The position numbers and the translations under genes were made by a program. Source: a virus. Taken from it: DNA of 64,000 nt. Location of the stretch: positions 4,204-68,203 of IMG/VR virus record IMGVR_UViG_3300028388_004281. One strand, written 5' to 3'. The notes below the pieces were generated by a model that had not been told where the DNA came from, searched no databases, and worked only from the letters and a program-made list of their open reading frames with translations. This document shows positions 46,696 to 56,517 of the stretch, one piece after another (position 1 is the first letter of the stretch; the number at the start of each line of letters is the position of its first letter).

Positions 46696-47220
46696 CTAGC
46701 CGTCGAAGGGCGCTCCCTCCAGCTTGGACTTCGCCCCCTTGGCGGTGAGGTAGGCCGAAAGCCCTTGGCCTTCGATCATTCCGACCGCGGCGTATCCGGC
46801 GGCCACGAGGCATCGGGGGTTGGAGTCGGCCTTCCCGCTCGTTCCTCTGAGAAGACCGTAGGTATCGAACCGGGTGTACTTGCACCTCCCGGCGAGGTCG
46901 TCGATGGACCGTGCGGAGGAGGCCTTCGTGGCTCCAAGCTTCCTCAGCATCTGGACGAGCTTCCGACGCCGGATACCGGGGGCCTCCGTCCCCATGGACC
47001 TGGACCGGCCGTTGGCGGTAGCCTCGGCCTTCGCCTTCACGGGGGCCGCCTTCTTCGTAGCCGTCTTCTTCGTAGCCGTCTTCTTCGTGGCCTTCTTCAC
47101 GGTAGCCTTTCCTGCAGGGACCTTCGCCTTGGGGGCGGTCTTCGTCCGCTTCCGGGGGCTCTCGACGGCCTGGGCGGTGGCAGGCTTCTCGACGGCGGTC
47201 TTGCTGGTGGTCTCGGTCAT
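46696..47220 (-). CDS. Histone H1-like Lys/Ala-rich protein with C-terminal winged-helix-like domain
   Basis: KKATKKTATKKTATKKAAPVKAKA repeats; AGGAG RBS; own terminator. Confidence 0.7.
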   Translation of the reverse strand: MTETTSKTAVEKPATAQAVESPRKRTKTAPKAKVPAGKATVKKATKKTATKKTATKKAAPVKAKAEATANGRSRSMGTEAPGIRRRKLVQMLRKLGATKASSARSIDDLAGRCKYTRFDTYGLLRGTSGKADSNPRCLVAAGYAAVGMIEGQGLSAYLTAKGAKSKLEGAPFDG

Positions 47221-47310
47221 TTCTTCGCTCCTGATTGAAGGTTGTCGTTTCCCCGGGAACATACCCGTGGTATTAGTAATAGTACACTACCGACCAGGAT
47301 TGTAAACCCC

Positions 47311-48231
47311 ATGCAGATGAAATCTAGGAGAAAATTCCTACCCCCTGTCCTCCTGGGTCTGGATGGAGGGGATCGGGAGGCGGATCCGCTCGACCCGGAG
47401 TACTACTCGGGGGCACGCCTGAGGCTCCTGAGCGGCCTGGACCGGGATAGGTACTTGGAGTCGTTCGGTAGGGATAACCTGCACCGTAGGCCGTCTCCGG
47501 GGTCCAGGGACCGATCCGCATGGGACCGGATATCGGGGAGGCTGGAAGGCAGAAGAGTCGTCGCCCTCGGGAGGCGTGCCGCCAGGGCGACCGGGGCCTC
47601 CGATATCTGGTTCCGGTGGACCGTAGCAGGAGGGATCGTGGTGTCCTCGATGCCGCATCCGAGCGGACTCAACCGGTGGTGGAACGACCCGAGGAACATG
47701 GATACGGCAGGAAGGTTCGTACGGACGTTGCTGGCACCATGCATCCACGTGGAGGGGCCAGACGGGTCCGGTAAGTCGACCTTGGTACCGAGGCTGGCCA
47801 ATAGACTGAACCTCAGGGGGGTACAGACGCAGGGCCCTCCGAGGTCGTGGAGTGAATGCCTAGGAAGAGTGGAACGCCGGATCATTCCTGGGGTCGTATG
47901 CGATAGATCGTCCGGACTGGTCAGCGAGCTGGTCTACGGTCCGGTCCTTCGTGGGGAAACGCTCGGTAAGGAGGAGTGGATATGGGATCTCGTGAAGGCC
48001 GTAAGAGGGTCGGTTGTATTCGTGTACTGCCGGCCTCCAATCGATTCCATGCAGATGGACTTCCGTCCAGATGAGGACCCGGTTCATGTCGGCGGAGTAG
48101 TAGCCCGCTATGGCAGGATAGTCGACAGGTACGACGAAGTGATGGACAGGATCGAGGCTATCGGAGGAACGGTGGTAAGATATGACAGAACGGTCATGGG
48201 ATTCGAGGAGCTGATCGAATGTGTGGAGTAG
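47311..48231 (+). CDS. UDG-like domain fused to dNMP kinase
   Basis: VALGR.AA and PHPSGLNRWWN, then EGPDGSGKST and DR..LVSELVYG. Confidence 0.75.
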   Translation: MQMKSRRKFLPPVLLGLDGGDREADPLDPEYYSGARLRLLSGLDRDRYLESFGRDNLHRRPSPGSRDRSAWDRISGRLEGRRVVALGRRAARATGASDIWFRWTVAGGIVVSSMPHPSGLNRWWNDPRNMDTAGRFVRTLLAPCIHVEGPDGSGKSTLVPRLANRLNLRGVQTQGPPRSWSECLGRVERRIIPGVVCDRSSGLVSELVYGPVLRGETLGKEEWIWDLVKAVRGSVVFVYCRPPIDSMQMDFRPDEDPVHVGGVVARYGRIVDRYDEVMDRIEAIGGTVVRYDRTVMGFEELIECVE

Positions 48232-49580
48232 TGGCGGTAGCCGGTCCGAACGCAGCGGGGATGGTCGATAGGCTGGAAGGCCCTACGGCAATGGATCATA
48301 GGGGGGTGAGATCCGGTATGAGGTATGGATCGAACTGGGCCATGAGGCACGTAAGACTGCCGATAGTCGGGGTCGGCGAGGAGCATGACCAACCTATGGC
48401 AAGGTCCGGATGGATCATAGGGTTCGTAGGGGAGCTAATGAACTTCCGTGAGTTACATGGGACGAGGTACGAGTGCGATGCCGAGCTTGCGGCGGACGTA
48501 TGGATAGATAACGGAATGGCAGGGTTCCGTCTATATGACGGATTCTGGCACCTGGTAGCCATCGAGGAGCGTACCGGAGACGTATACGTCGTAGCCGACT
48601 ACCTGGCCCAGAAGCCAGTCTACGTGAGGATAGGGGATGACTACTCGGCCGTAGCATCGGAGCCCGATACGCTGGCGGCGTTGTCCCCTACCATACCGGA
48701 CCGGATCTACCTATCGGCCGTAGTGAAGTGGGGGTACTGCCCGGAGACGAGAAGGACTCCGTACGTCGGGATATCGAGAGTGCTACCCGGCGAGGCCTGG
48801 CATATTCCGTACTACGGAAGGCCGGAGTCGACGGTCGTCGATCCGGTTGCTCCGATTCTCGGGGCGTCCCCTAGGGATCTCAGGCTGGCCGTAATAAGAT
48901 CGGTCACCAGAAGAATCCAGTCATCGGACGTACCGATCGGGTGCCTGGTAAGCGGCGGGGTAGATAGCTCGGTCGTGTATTCCCTCGCCGGGAGGAACTC
49001 GGACGTCCGGGGGTACCATATACCGAACGGGGAGGACGAATACGCCCAGGAGGTGGCTCCGGACGCCGTAAGGGTGGATCCGAGCCTGGTCCCCCTCCAC
49101 GAGGCGGCGGATTGGATGCAGGAGCCGATCGATCTAGGGTCACTGGTTCCGCAGGCGTGCATGTCGGCGTCGGTAAGGGCCGTGGGAGGGGAGGTGGTGT
49201 GTCTGACCGGGGACGGAGCCGACGAGCTGTTCGGCGGGTACGGAAGGGCAGGGAGGTACGACAGCCAGGCCAGTGACGTCTGGCAGGAGCTTGTGGCATG
49301 GCATCTTCCGAGGCTGGACAGGATCATGATGCGGAACCTGATCGAGGTACGGAGTCCGTTCCTGGGGAGGGAGGTAGTCAGGATCGCTCTCGGGATTCCC
49401 TGGAGGGAGAGGACCTCGAAGGGGTTCCTGAAGGAGGCGTTCCGTGGGCTAGTGTCGGATAGGATAGTGGATAGACCGAAGGTTCCATTGAAGACCGGCG
49501 ATGTAGAGTCGGATCGGGAAGGCAGAAGCCTGGACCTGGTAAGTCGTTTCATTAAGAAGGAGTGGGGGATACCCGAATGA
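48219..49580 (+). CDS. Asparagine synthetase B-like glutamine amidotransferase
   Basis: MCG (Ntn Cys), HRG, H.RL.IV, SGGVDSS, TGDGADELFGGY, EVRSPFL. Confidence 0.9.
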   Translation: MCGVVAVAGPNAAGMVDRLEGPTAMDHRGVRSGMRYGSNWAMRHVRLPIVGVGEEHDQPMARSGWIIGFVGELMNFRELHGTRYECDAELAADVWIDNGMAGFRLYDGFWHLVAIEERTGDVYVVADYLAQKPVYVRIGDDYSAVASEPDTLAALSPTIPDRIYLSAVVKWGYCPETRRTPYVGISRVLPGEAWHIPYYGRPESTVVDPVAPILGASPRDLRLAVIRSVTRRIQSSDVPIGCLVSGGVDSSVVYSLAGRNSDVRGYHIPNGEDEYAQEVAPDAVRVDPSLVPLHEAADWMQEPIDLGSLVPQACMSASVRAVGGEVVCLTGDGADELFGGYGRAGRYDSQASDVWQELVAWHLPRLDRIMMRNLIEVRSPFLGREVVRIALGIPWRERTSKGFLKEAFRGLVSDRIVDRPKVPLKTGDVESDREGRSLDLVSRFIKKEWGIPE

Positions 49581-51868
49581 AGGCCAGACCTGGAGTGCTT
49601 GGAATTACCAGCGGCATCGGATCGATGCTGGTAGGTGCAAGGCAGGCCCGTTTCAAGGTAGCGGGGAATATCGAGTGGAGAGGGTACTACCATACAGGAA
49701 CGTTCGAGAGGAACTTCGACGGAGCGTTTATGACGAAGCGGATCGAGGACCTCCCGGGTAGTACCCTGGATTCCCTTCGGGGGATCGATCTGGTGATGGG
49801 TCATCCCGAGTGCGGGGCCTGGTCCCAGATGCAAGGATGCAATAATTTCAGGGAGCAGGCCACGAGGATAGTGAACCCGAGGAATCCATGCGACATACCC
49901 TTGTTCGTGAGTATGGTATCCAAAGTCAGACCGAGGTTCTTCGCGATGGACGACCTACCGAAGTCGCTCGGGGCATACACGATGGAGGACTACGCGAAGG
50001 CGCTTCCCGACTACGACCTCTTTCCAGAGTGGGTAAGCAACTACCACTACGGGAATATCCAGAGACGGAGGGAAAGAATGTTCATGATCGGCTCGCTCAG
50101 GGGTGAGAGATGGGTATTCATCCCTGGGGAGGAGGACCATGACCTGACATTGTCATCGGTGCTGGTAGACCTTCCGGTGTGGCCGGAGGCCGGAGCGATA
50201 CCGAACCACGATCCGCATAACGAGACCGAGGAATGCGGGCGCGGACTGCATATGAACTATCCGTGGCATAGGCCGACGTGGGGCGAGTTCAGGGAATGGT
50301 TCGAGAGGGTGGATGAAGGCCAGTCGTTCCGGTACTACTCGCCGCATGCTCCCGAGGGGGAGACGAAGGTGAAGCCCGGATGGTATAAGCAGTACTGGAA
50401 CGGAACATGCGCCGTTCTGGACGGAGGATCGGGCCATGTCCATCCGCTTCGGAACCTGCCGTTCACCGTAAGGGAGAGGGCCAGAATCCAGGGATTCCCG
50501 GACTGGTTCCTGTTCCATGGTACCAGACTGAACGATAGTGGTGAATGGATCCACGAGAGGAATATCGATATCATTAAGCAGACCGGCAAGGCCATGCCGA
50601 TACAGTTCAATCGGTACCTGGCAAGGCAGATCATGGCGCATATCAAAGGTCGGCAGTTCAGGTCGTCGGGTAGACGACTAATTAAGCCGCATCCTATGGT
50701 AACGGAGGCGAAGGAGTGGTACTGCTCGAACGTCGGGTATTCCGACCAGGAGGCGGCATGCAAGGTATGCTGGATCGGCAGAGAATGCGGAATCCGGGAC
50801 GGTCATATGGTCCAGGTCGGTACCCCGAAGGCAGAACCACCGAAGGAGGAGGTACCGAAGGCCGGTACGTTCAGGAAGTCCGGTCGGAAACGGAAGGCCC
50901 GGTCGGTGAAGGTGGAGCCGGCGGAGATACGGAGAACTCCGATGGAGGTGATCAATGTCGAAAGGTCCGAGGATCCAAACGGAACTCCGGTGGTGGACGA
51001 GGTCCATATCCGTGACGGGGTAGTTCCGGATGACTACCATTGCGACTGCAAGTACTGTACCCGATCGATCGGCGAGCTGAGGGCTCCGGACGGGTCCTAC
51101 TACTCCAGGAACGAAAGGAGGAGGTACTACGGAAGCATGGAGAAGGGCGGAAGTGGCCATGTAGCGAAGACCCCGTTGCACATAGCCCGGTGGGCGATCC
51201 AGAGGTACACGAGGCCTGGAGACTGGGTACTGGATCCGACCGCTGGCGCCGGGACTACGCTAGTCGAGGCCCTGATTCAGGACAGGAACACGGTAGGGGT
51301 CGAGTTGCAGTTCAAGAAGATACTGCTGGATAACGTATCACGGTTCGTATCGGACTCGGCTCGGGCCGTGGTAGGGATCGGGGATGCAAGGTGGATCGAC
51401 GGGGTACTCGACGACTTGGATTTCAAACTCTCTTTGGTAGTAAACAATCCTCCGTACTCCGGAGACGAGCACTGGACTACGTACAATGTTCCGGAGGACT
51501 CCCCCGAGAATACATGGTCGACGACCCTCAGTTCGTACGACAGGAAGCTGGCGAACATAGCCTTCCTGAAGGAGAACGATGAGTACTGGAGAACGCTCGG
51601 GTCGATATACAGGAAGTGTACCAGGAGGCTGAAGGTAGGAGGCCGATTCGTTATCGGGGTCAAGGATCAGATGAGAAGTAAGAGGCCTGACATGCTCCAT
51701 ATGAAGGTCGCGGAGGTTCTCGATAGGATACCGGGCCTGAAGTTCGAGGGCACGGCATTCCTGAAGCACTATCCGAAGACCCTGCATCTTAACTCGTACC
51801 CGAAGCTGTACGGCGTCGATCCTCCGTACTACCAGACGATAGTCGTTTTCAGAAAGGTAAGGGGATAG
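49577..51868 (+). CDS. Divergent C5-cytosine MTase fused to N4/N6 amino-MTase
   Basis: ITSGIG, GHPEC, Q.R.R, TVRERARIQGFPD; C-terminal LDPTAGAGTT and NNPPY. Confidence 0.8.
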   Translation: MKARPGVLGITSGIGSMLVGARQARFKVAGNIEWRGYYHTGTFERNFDGAFMTKRIEDLPGSTLDSLRGIDLVMGHPECGAWSQMQGCNNFREQATRIVNPRNPCDIPLFVSMVSKVRPRFFAMDDLPKSLGAYTMEDYAKALPDYDLFPEWVSNYHYGNIQRRRERMFMIGSLRGERWVFIPGEEDHDLTLSSVLVDLPVWPEAGAIPNHDPHNETEECGRGLHMNYPWHRPTWGEFREWFERVDEGQSFRYYSPHAPEGETKVKPGWYKQYWNGTCAVLDGGSGHVHPLRNLPFTVRERARIQGFPDWFLFHGTRLNDSGEWIHERNIDIIKQTGKAMPIQFNRYLARQIMAHIKGRQFRSSGRRLIKPHPMVTEAKEWYCSNVGYSDQEAACKVCWIGRECGIRDGHMVQVGTPKAEPPKEEVPKAGTFRKSGRKRKARSVKVEPAEIRRTPMEVINVERSEDPNGTPVVDEVHIRDGVVPDDYHCDCKYCTRSIGELRAPDGSYYSRNERRRYYGSMEKGGSGHVAKTPLHIARWAIQRYTRPGDWVLDPTAGAGTTLVEALIQDRNTVGVELQFKKILLDNVSRFVSDSARAVVGIGDARWIDGVLDDLDFKLSLVVNNPPYSGDEHWTTYNVPEDSPENTWSTTLSSYDRKLANIAFLKENDEYWRTLGSIYRKCTRRLKVGGRFVIGVKDQMRSKRPDMLHMKVAEVLDRIPGLKFEGTAFLKHYPKTLHLNSYPKLYGVDPPYYQTIVVFRKVRG

Positions 51869-51869
51869 T

Positions 51870-52262
51870 ATGGATGTCCATGGGAAGTATTACAATCCTG
51901 GGGGGAAGGAACGAACCGGTAAACGAAGACCGAATCGGAAGGAGGATACATGCCTCTGCTCTGCAATCGAGGAGGACTGCATAGCGCACCTATCGGTTGC
52001 CCTATCGAATGGGGATGGGAAGGTCGCAAGAAGAATCAGTTCAGTTCTGCACCTGTGCTGCTCCTTGATTAAGAATGCCCAGGAGGGAGGGACGAATCCG
52101 AAGCGACAGAGGGCCCGAAAGTATATTGTGAAGCAGTTCGGGATGATAATGGAATACGCAGCGAAAGGTGGACTGGGGCTATCGGAGATCGGTAGCAAGT
52201 TCGGAAATACCCAGCATATAAGGCACTTTATCGATCAGGAGATTGGGAATGCTGGTAGTTAA
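51870..52262 (+). CDS. Hypothetical protein
   Basis: Fills operon gap. Confidence 0.45.
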   Translation: MDVHGKYYNPGGKERTGKRRPNRKEDTCLCSAIEEDCIAHLSVALSNGDGKVARRISSVLHLCCSLIKNAQEGGTNPKRQRARKYIVKQFGMIMEYAAKGGLGLSEIGSKFGNTQHIRHFIDQEIGNAGS

Positions 52263-53094
52263 CGGATCTAGTTTCAGTGATATCTACATGTCACTAGAGG
52301 GGATGATAGTAACTGCGGATCGGGTTGGTAATCCAAGGTGGCAGGGGATGGATGTATCGGGAAGGCCGGGATCCGATCTCCATGAACTAGTGAACATTGT
52401 ATTCGAGGTTCCGTTAGGCGGAATCGAGGACCTCGGCCACTGGAGGAATGACATAGGCCCGAACCTTCCGTGGGCCGATGATCATTTCGACGAGCGTGTC
52501 GGCGGCGAGCCTCTGAACCCCGGAGTGCAGTGGCGTAACTGGCCATGGGGCAGAAGCGCGGATAAGTTCAGGGACAATGATGAACTGTTCAATCACACGT
52601 ACATGGAACGGCTGTGGCCTAGGTACGCGAGGAGAACGCTAGGGGGTAGGCTAGACCTAGCGGAGCACGGGGCCCGTAGAACCACGGATGGGGCCAGGCC
52701 GCGTAGGGGGATAGGGTGGGAGTACGGCGACCTTCAGAGCGTGGTGGATCTCCTCGTGAAGGAGCCTGGAACCCGCCAGGCGTGGATCCCGTTATTCCAT
52801 CCCGAGGATACGGGGTACGGAGACGGCGGGAGGAAGCCCTGCACGCTAGGGTACCAGTTCATGGTAAGGAACGGATCGATCGGGATATGGTATCCGCTGA
52901 GGGCCTGCGATCTTACGCACCACTGGAAGGACGACTGCTACCTGGCAGTCAGGCTTCTTCTGTGGGTACTTGGAATGTGCAGGGAGGCCGATCACGGATA
53001 TTGGGACTCGGTAGTCCCTGGAGGCTATGCCATGCATATGACATCTCTTCACGTATTCGAGAACGACTGGAGGGCACTGTGTCGCAGTTCGTAA
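52249..53094 (+). CDS. Thymidylate synthase-fold enzyme, dCMP hydroxymethylase/methylase-like
   Basis: TRQA, PCT, QF..R, RACD...DD, SLHVF; Asp at the ThyA N177 position. Confidence 0.8.
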   Translation: MLVVNGSSFSDIYMSLEGMIVTADRVGNPRWQGMDVSGRPGSDLHELVNIVFEVPLGGIEDLGHWRNDIGPNLPWADDHFDERVGGEPLNPGVQWRNWPWGRSADKFRDNDELFNHTYMERLWPRYARRTLGGRLDLAEHGARRTTDGARPRRGIGWEYGDLQSVVDLLVKEPGTRQAWIPLFHPEDTGYGDGGRKPCTLGYQFMVRNGSIGIWYPLRACDLTHHWKDDCYLAVRLLLWVLGMCREADHGYWDSVVPGGYAMHMTSLHVFENDWRALCRSS

Positions 53095-53480
53095 GCGTCG
53101 GTAGATTCCATCGGAAGTTCGGCCTAAGATCGGCGGACGATTGTCCCGATCCGAGACTAGTCGATGACGGAGTGTTCCTGTTCCGATACCAGTTTCTGAT
53201 GGAGGAAATGCAGGAGCTGATCCATTCGCACAGGAACGGAGACGTCGCCGGCGTGGCCGACGCCTTGGTCGATCTGGTCTACGTGGCTTTAGGTACGGCC
53301 CACCTCTACGGAATACCGTTCGACGAGGTATTCGACGAGGTCCAGAGGGCAAATATGTCTAAGGAGAGATCGACCGGAGACGACGACGGTCGGTCGAAGC
53401 GCGGGAGCGGACTCGATGTCGTGAAGCCGGATGGATGGACCCCACCGGATATCGAATCGATCATAGGGAGATATACCTAA
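53079..53480 (+). CDS. MazG-like nucleotide pyrophosphohydrolase
   Basis: EE..EL, DALVDLVYVALG, V..ANMSK, KP.GW..P. Confidence 0.88.
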   Translation: MSQFVSVGRFHRKFGLRSADDCPDPRLVDDGVFLFRYQFLMEEMQELIHSHRNGDVAGVADALVDLVYVALGTAHLYGIPFDEVFDEVQRANMSKERSTGDDDGRSKRGSGLDVVKPDGWTPPDIESIIGRYT

Positions 53481-53968
53481 TGAACTCGGTAGTCTGGATG
53501 ATAGGTGAGCCTGAAGGCCCCAAGGCGCAACGGATCCGCGAGAGACTGATCAGGTACGTAAGGTTCGCCCGGGACCTGGAGTCATTATCTACATGCAGAC
53601 GAAGGTCGGTCGGGTGCGTGATAGCAAGCGACGACCTGACGTCGGTAGCGTCAATAGGATACAACGGCCAGCCTAGAGGCACCCCCAACGACGGATGCTC
53701 GGGGGAGGTCGGATCGTGCGGATGCATCCATGCCGAGGCGAATGCCTTGGTCAAGATACCGGGATGGTACAGCGATACGACGATGTTGGTTACATGCTCT
53801 CCGTGCGCCCACTGCTCGGGACTTATCGTGAACAGCGGAAAGGTATCGGTAGTACTGTACGATAGTACGTATCGGGTATCGGATGGGCTGTATATACTAG
53901 GCCTGGCCGGAGTGGCGGTATTCAGGACCCCTGAAATTCTAGGGAGCGGGAAAGGCGACGACGTATGA
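53480..53968 (+). CDS. dCMP deaminase
   Basis: STC.RR.VG, GYNG, HAEANA, PC..C. Confidence 0.92.
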   Translation: MNSVVWMIGEPEGPKAQRIRERLIRYVRFARDLESLSTCRRRSVGCVIASDDLTSVASIGYNGQPRGTPNDGCSGEVGSCGCIHAEANALVKIPGWYSDTTMLVTCSPCAHCSGLIVNSGKVSVVLYDSTYRVSDGLYILGLAGVAVFRTPEILGSGKGDDV

Positions 53969-56184
53969 AGGATCTACCTAATGGACTGAGGCCGTATTCG
54001 TTCCACGGCCTCGACCTCGATTTCGGAGGAGGGGATGAAGCTACATGCGACTGCCCGTGGTGCGGAAGGGTGAACAAGTTTAGCATCAACATGGATACTG
54101 GACAGTGGCATTGCTGGACATGTTCCGAAGGCAATGACAATGGGGGAGGCAATATACACACGTTCATGCAAGTGCTGTGGAGGTATAGCAGCGAGGCGAC
54201 GACATCTAAGGACTACCAGACATTTGCTGAGGATCGCAAGCTGTTGTATCCCGAGACGCTCGTGGAGTGGAGCGTAGTTAAGTCCTGCGTCACTGGCGAC
54301 TGGCTCGTACCGGGATACAACCCGGACGGTAAGATGACCACCCTGTATCGTTACGTCTACTCGTACTCCAAGAAACGGTGGCTGCTACTCACTACTCCGA
54401 CGCTAGGCCACAGGCTGTTCGGTGGCAATCTGTACGATCCAAGCAAGCCTACTGTGTATGTTACGGAAGGACCGTGGGATGCCATGTCGCTGTGGGAGGT
54501 CGTGAGGCGGGCCAAGCTGGACGATAATGGACGGTTGGTGCTTACGGCTAGTCAGTCGTCTAGCGTAGGTTCTGCTGTGAACGTGTTGGGTATACCAGGC
54601 TGCATGACGTTCGCCGACTCTTGGCATAGGTTGTTTGGGGGTAGGACCGTGGTGCTGTTGCTGGACAACGACCACCCTACACGGAACCCCAAGACGGGTA
54701 AGCTAGTTGCTCCGGCATCTCGCGTAGGCACGAGACGCATAGCAGAACGGTTGGGCAAGGCAGACCACCCACCTGACTCCGTATCGTTCTGTGCGTGGGG
54801 TGCTCCGTCTAGGATGTACAGCGAGGATCTGCCAGCAGGCTACGACGTGCGCGACCATCTTACGGCAGAAGGCAGCGGCGTGTCGGAGAGGGTCAGGTCG
54901 CTGAGTTCTCTGATAGACATGGTCGTGCCGGCTCCCGAGGATTGGTTCAAGCCGAGCAAGGCTGGATCCAACGGCAGCGATGCCATGACGCTGGGTACTT
55001 GCACGGAGTACCGTAGACTCGTAACGTGTTGGCGTAAGGCGCTGCGATGGACGTCCGGGCTAGACTGCGCGTTGTCGGTAATGCTGGCCAGCATCGCTAG
55101 CACGAAGGCCGTGGGAGACCAGCTGTGGGTCAAGATCATAGGACCTGCTGCCTGTGGCAAGAGTACATTGTGCGAGGCAGTGAGCACCAACAAGCAGTAC
55201 GTGCTGGCTAAGAGCACGATCCGTGGGTTCCACAGCGGGTTCGGCGATGGAGAGGAGGACTGTAGTCTGTTGTCCATGCTCTACGGGCGCACGTTGGTCA
55301 CGAAGGACGGTGACACGCTTATCCAATCGCCTAATCTGGGACAGATACTTAGCGAGGCACGGGACGTCTACGACAGTGTGAGCCGTACGCACTATCGCAA
55401 CCGTAACAGTCGAGACTACAGTGGTGTGCGTATGACGTGGATACTGTGCGGCACGAGTTCTCTGCGGTGTATCGACAGCAGCGAGCTAGGCGAGCGGTTC
55501 CTGGACTGTGTTATCATGGACGGCATTGACGATGAGCTAGAGGACGACATCCTATGGCGAGTAGTCAACCGTGCCGATCGGAACCTAGCGATCGAAGCAG
55601 ACGGCAAGCCAGAGACCCACTACGAGCCGGAGCTGGTAGAGGCTATGGCGGCTACCGGAGGCTATGTGCAGTATCTGCGAGAGAACGCCCGCGACCTATT
55701 GGAGACGACGGAGTTCTCGGACAACGCCAAACGACGCTGCGCTAGGCTCGGGAAGTTTGTAGCCTACATGCGTGCCAGACCTAGTAAGCATCAGGACGAG
55801 AGCGCCGAGCGGGAGTTTAGCACACGACTGGCATCACAGCTTATACGGCTATCTAAGTGTATGGCAGTAGTGATGAACCGCACTAGTGTAGATGAGGACG
55901 TGATGGCTAGGGTGCACAAGGTGGCATATGATACATCAAGGGGCCACACCTACGACATATGCAAGTATCTATACGATACGGACGGGGCTGAGCTACGTGC
56001 CGTAGCGCTGAACACCGCACTTGCAGAGAGCAGGGTCAAGGAGCTACTGAGATTCATGAGACAGATAGGAGCACTACGGCTGCATAGTGCCAAGGTACAG
56101 GGAGTGGTGAAGCGACGGTGGGTACTGTCGGATTACATGAGACGATTGTTCGATGAGGTTGAACAACCCCCTACCCTTACTTAG
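53965..56184 (+). CDS. Primase-helicase (Zn finger, TOPRIM, AAA+ ATPase)
   Basis: CPWC...CWTC, TEGPWD, DND, GPAACGKST, LGERF. Confidence 0.8.
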   Translation: MKDLPNGLRPYSFHGLDLDFGGGDEATCDCPWCGRVNKFSINMDTGQWHCWTCSEGNDNGGGNIHTFMQVLWRYSSEATTSKDYQTFAEDRKLLYPETLVEWSVVKSCVTGDWLVPGYNPDGKMTTLYRYVYSYSKKRWLLLTTPTLGHRLFGGNLYDPSKPTVYVTEGPWDAMSLWEVVRRAKLDDNGRLVLTASQSSSVGSAVNVLGIPGCMTFADSWHRLFGGRTVVLLLDNDHPTRNPKTGKLVAPASRVGTRRIAERLGKADHPPDSVSFCAWGAPSRMYSEDLPAGYDVRDHLTAEGSGVSERVRSLSSLIDMVVPAPEDWFKPSKAGSNGSDAMTLGTCTEYRRLVTCWRKALRWTSGLDCALSVMLASIASTKAVGDQLWVKIIGPAACGKSTLCEAVSTNKQYVLAKSTIRGFHSGFGDGEEDCSLLSMLYGRTLVTKDGDTLIQSPNLGQILSEARDVYDSVSRTHYRNRNSRDYSGVRMTWILCGTSSLRCIDSSELGERFLDCVIMDGIDDELEDDILWRVVNRADRNLAIEADGKPETHYEPELVEAMAATGGYVQYLRENARDLLETTEFSDNAKRRCARLGKFVAYMRARPSKHQDESAEREFSTRLASQLIRLSKCMAVVMNRTSVDEDVMARVHKVAYDTSRGHTYDICKYLYDTDGAELRAVALNTALAESRVKELLRFMRQIGALRLHSAKVQGVVKRRWVLSDYMRRLFDEVEQPPTLT

Positions 56185-56276
56185 TAGTACTACGTACTAC
56201 TTAGTAAGTGCACCGTCCCTTGATACGAAGTATAATAAGTTTAGCTTGGTAAGTAAACCCCTAGAGGGAGAAAAAT

Positions 56277-56513
56277 ATGGCACGCAGCATAAGCCGTTAC
56301 AAGATAAGGCGTTACGACCGCCCCGACGACCGCTATGCTAAGTACATGCCGTCGCCTGCCGAGATACGCGAGGCGTGCGCCGCGATACGTAGCACGTGGT
56401 CTACTACGGAGGAGAACAAGCGTCGTGCCACGGCATACCGTAAGATAGCTGTAGAGTTCGATCTACCGGTGCACACAGCCAAGGGTCCGCGATACATGTC
56501 GGAGTTGATCTAG
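56277..56513 (+). CDS. Hypothetical protein
   Basis: YMPSPAEIREACAAIR motif; TATAAT at 56231 upstream. Confidence 0.6.
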   Translation: MARSISRYKIRRYDRPDDRYAKYMPSPAEIREACAAIRSTWSTTEENKRRATAYRKIAVEFDLPVHTAKGPRYMSELI

Positions 56514-56517
56514 AGCC

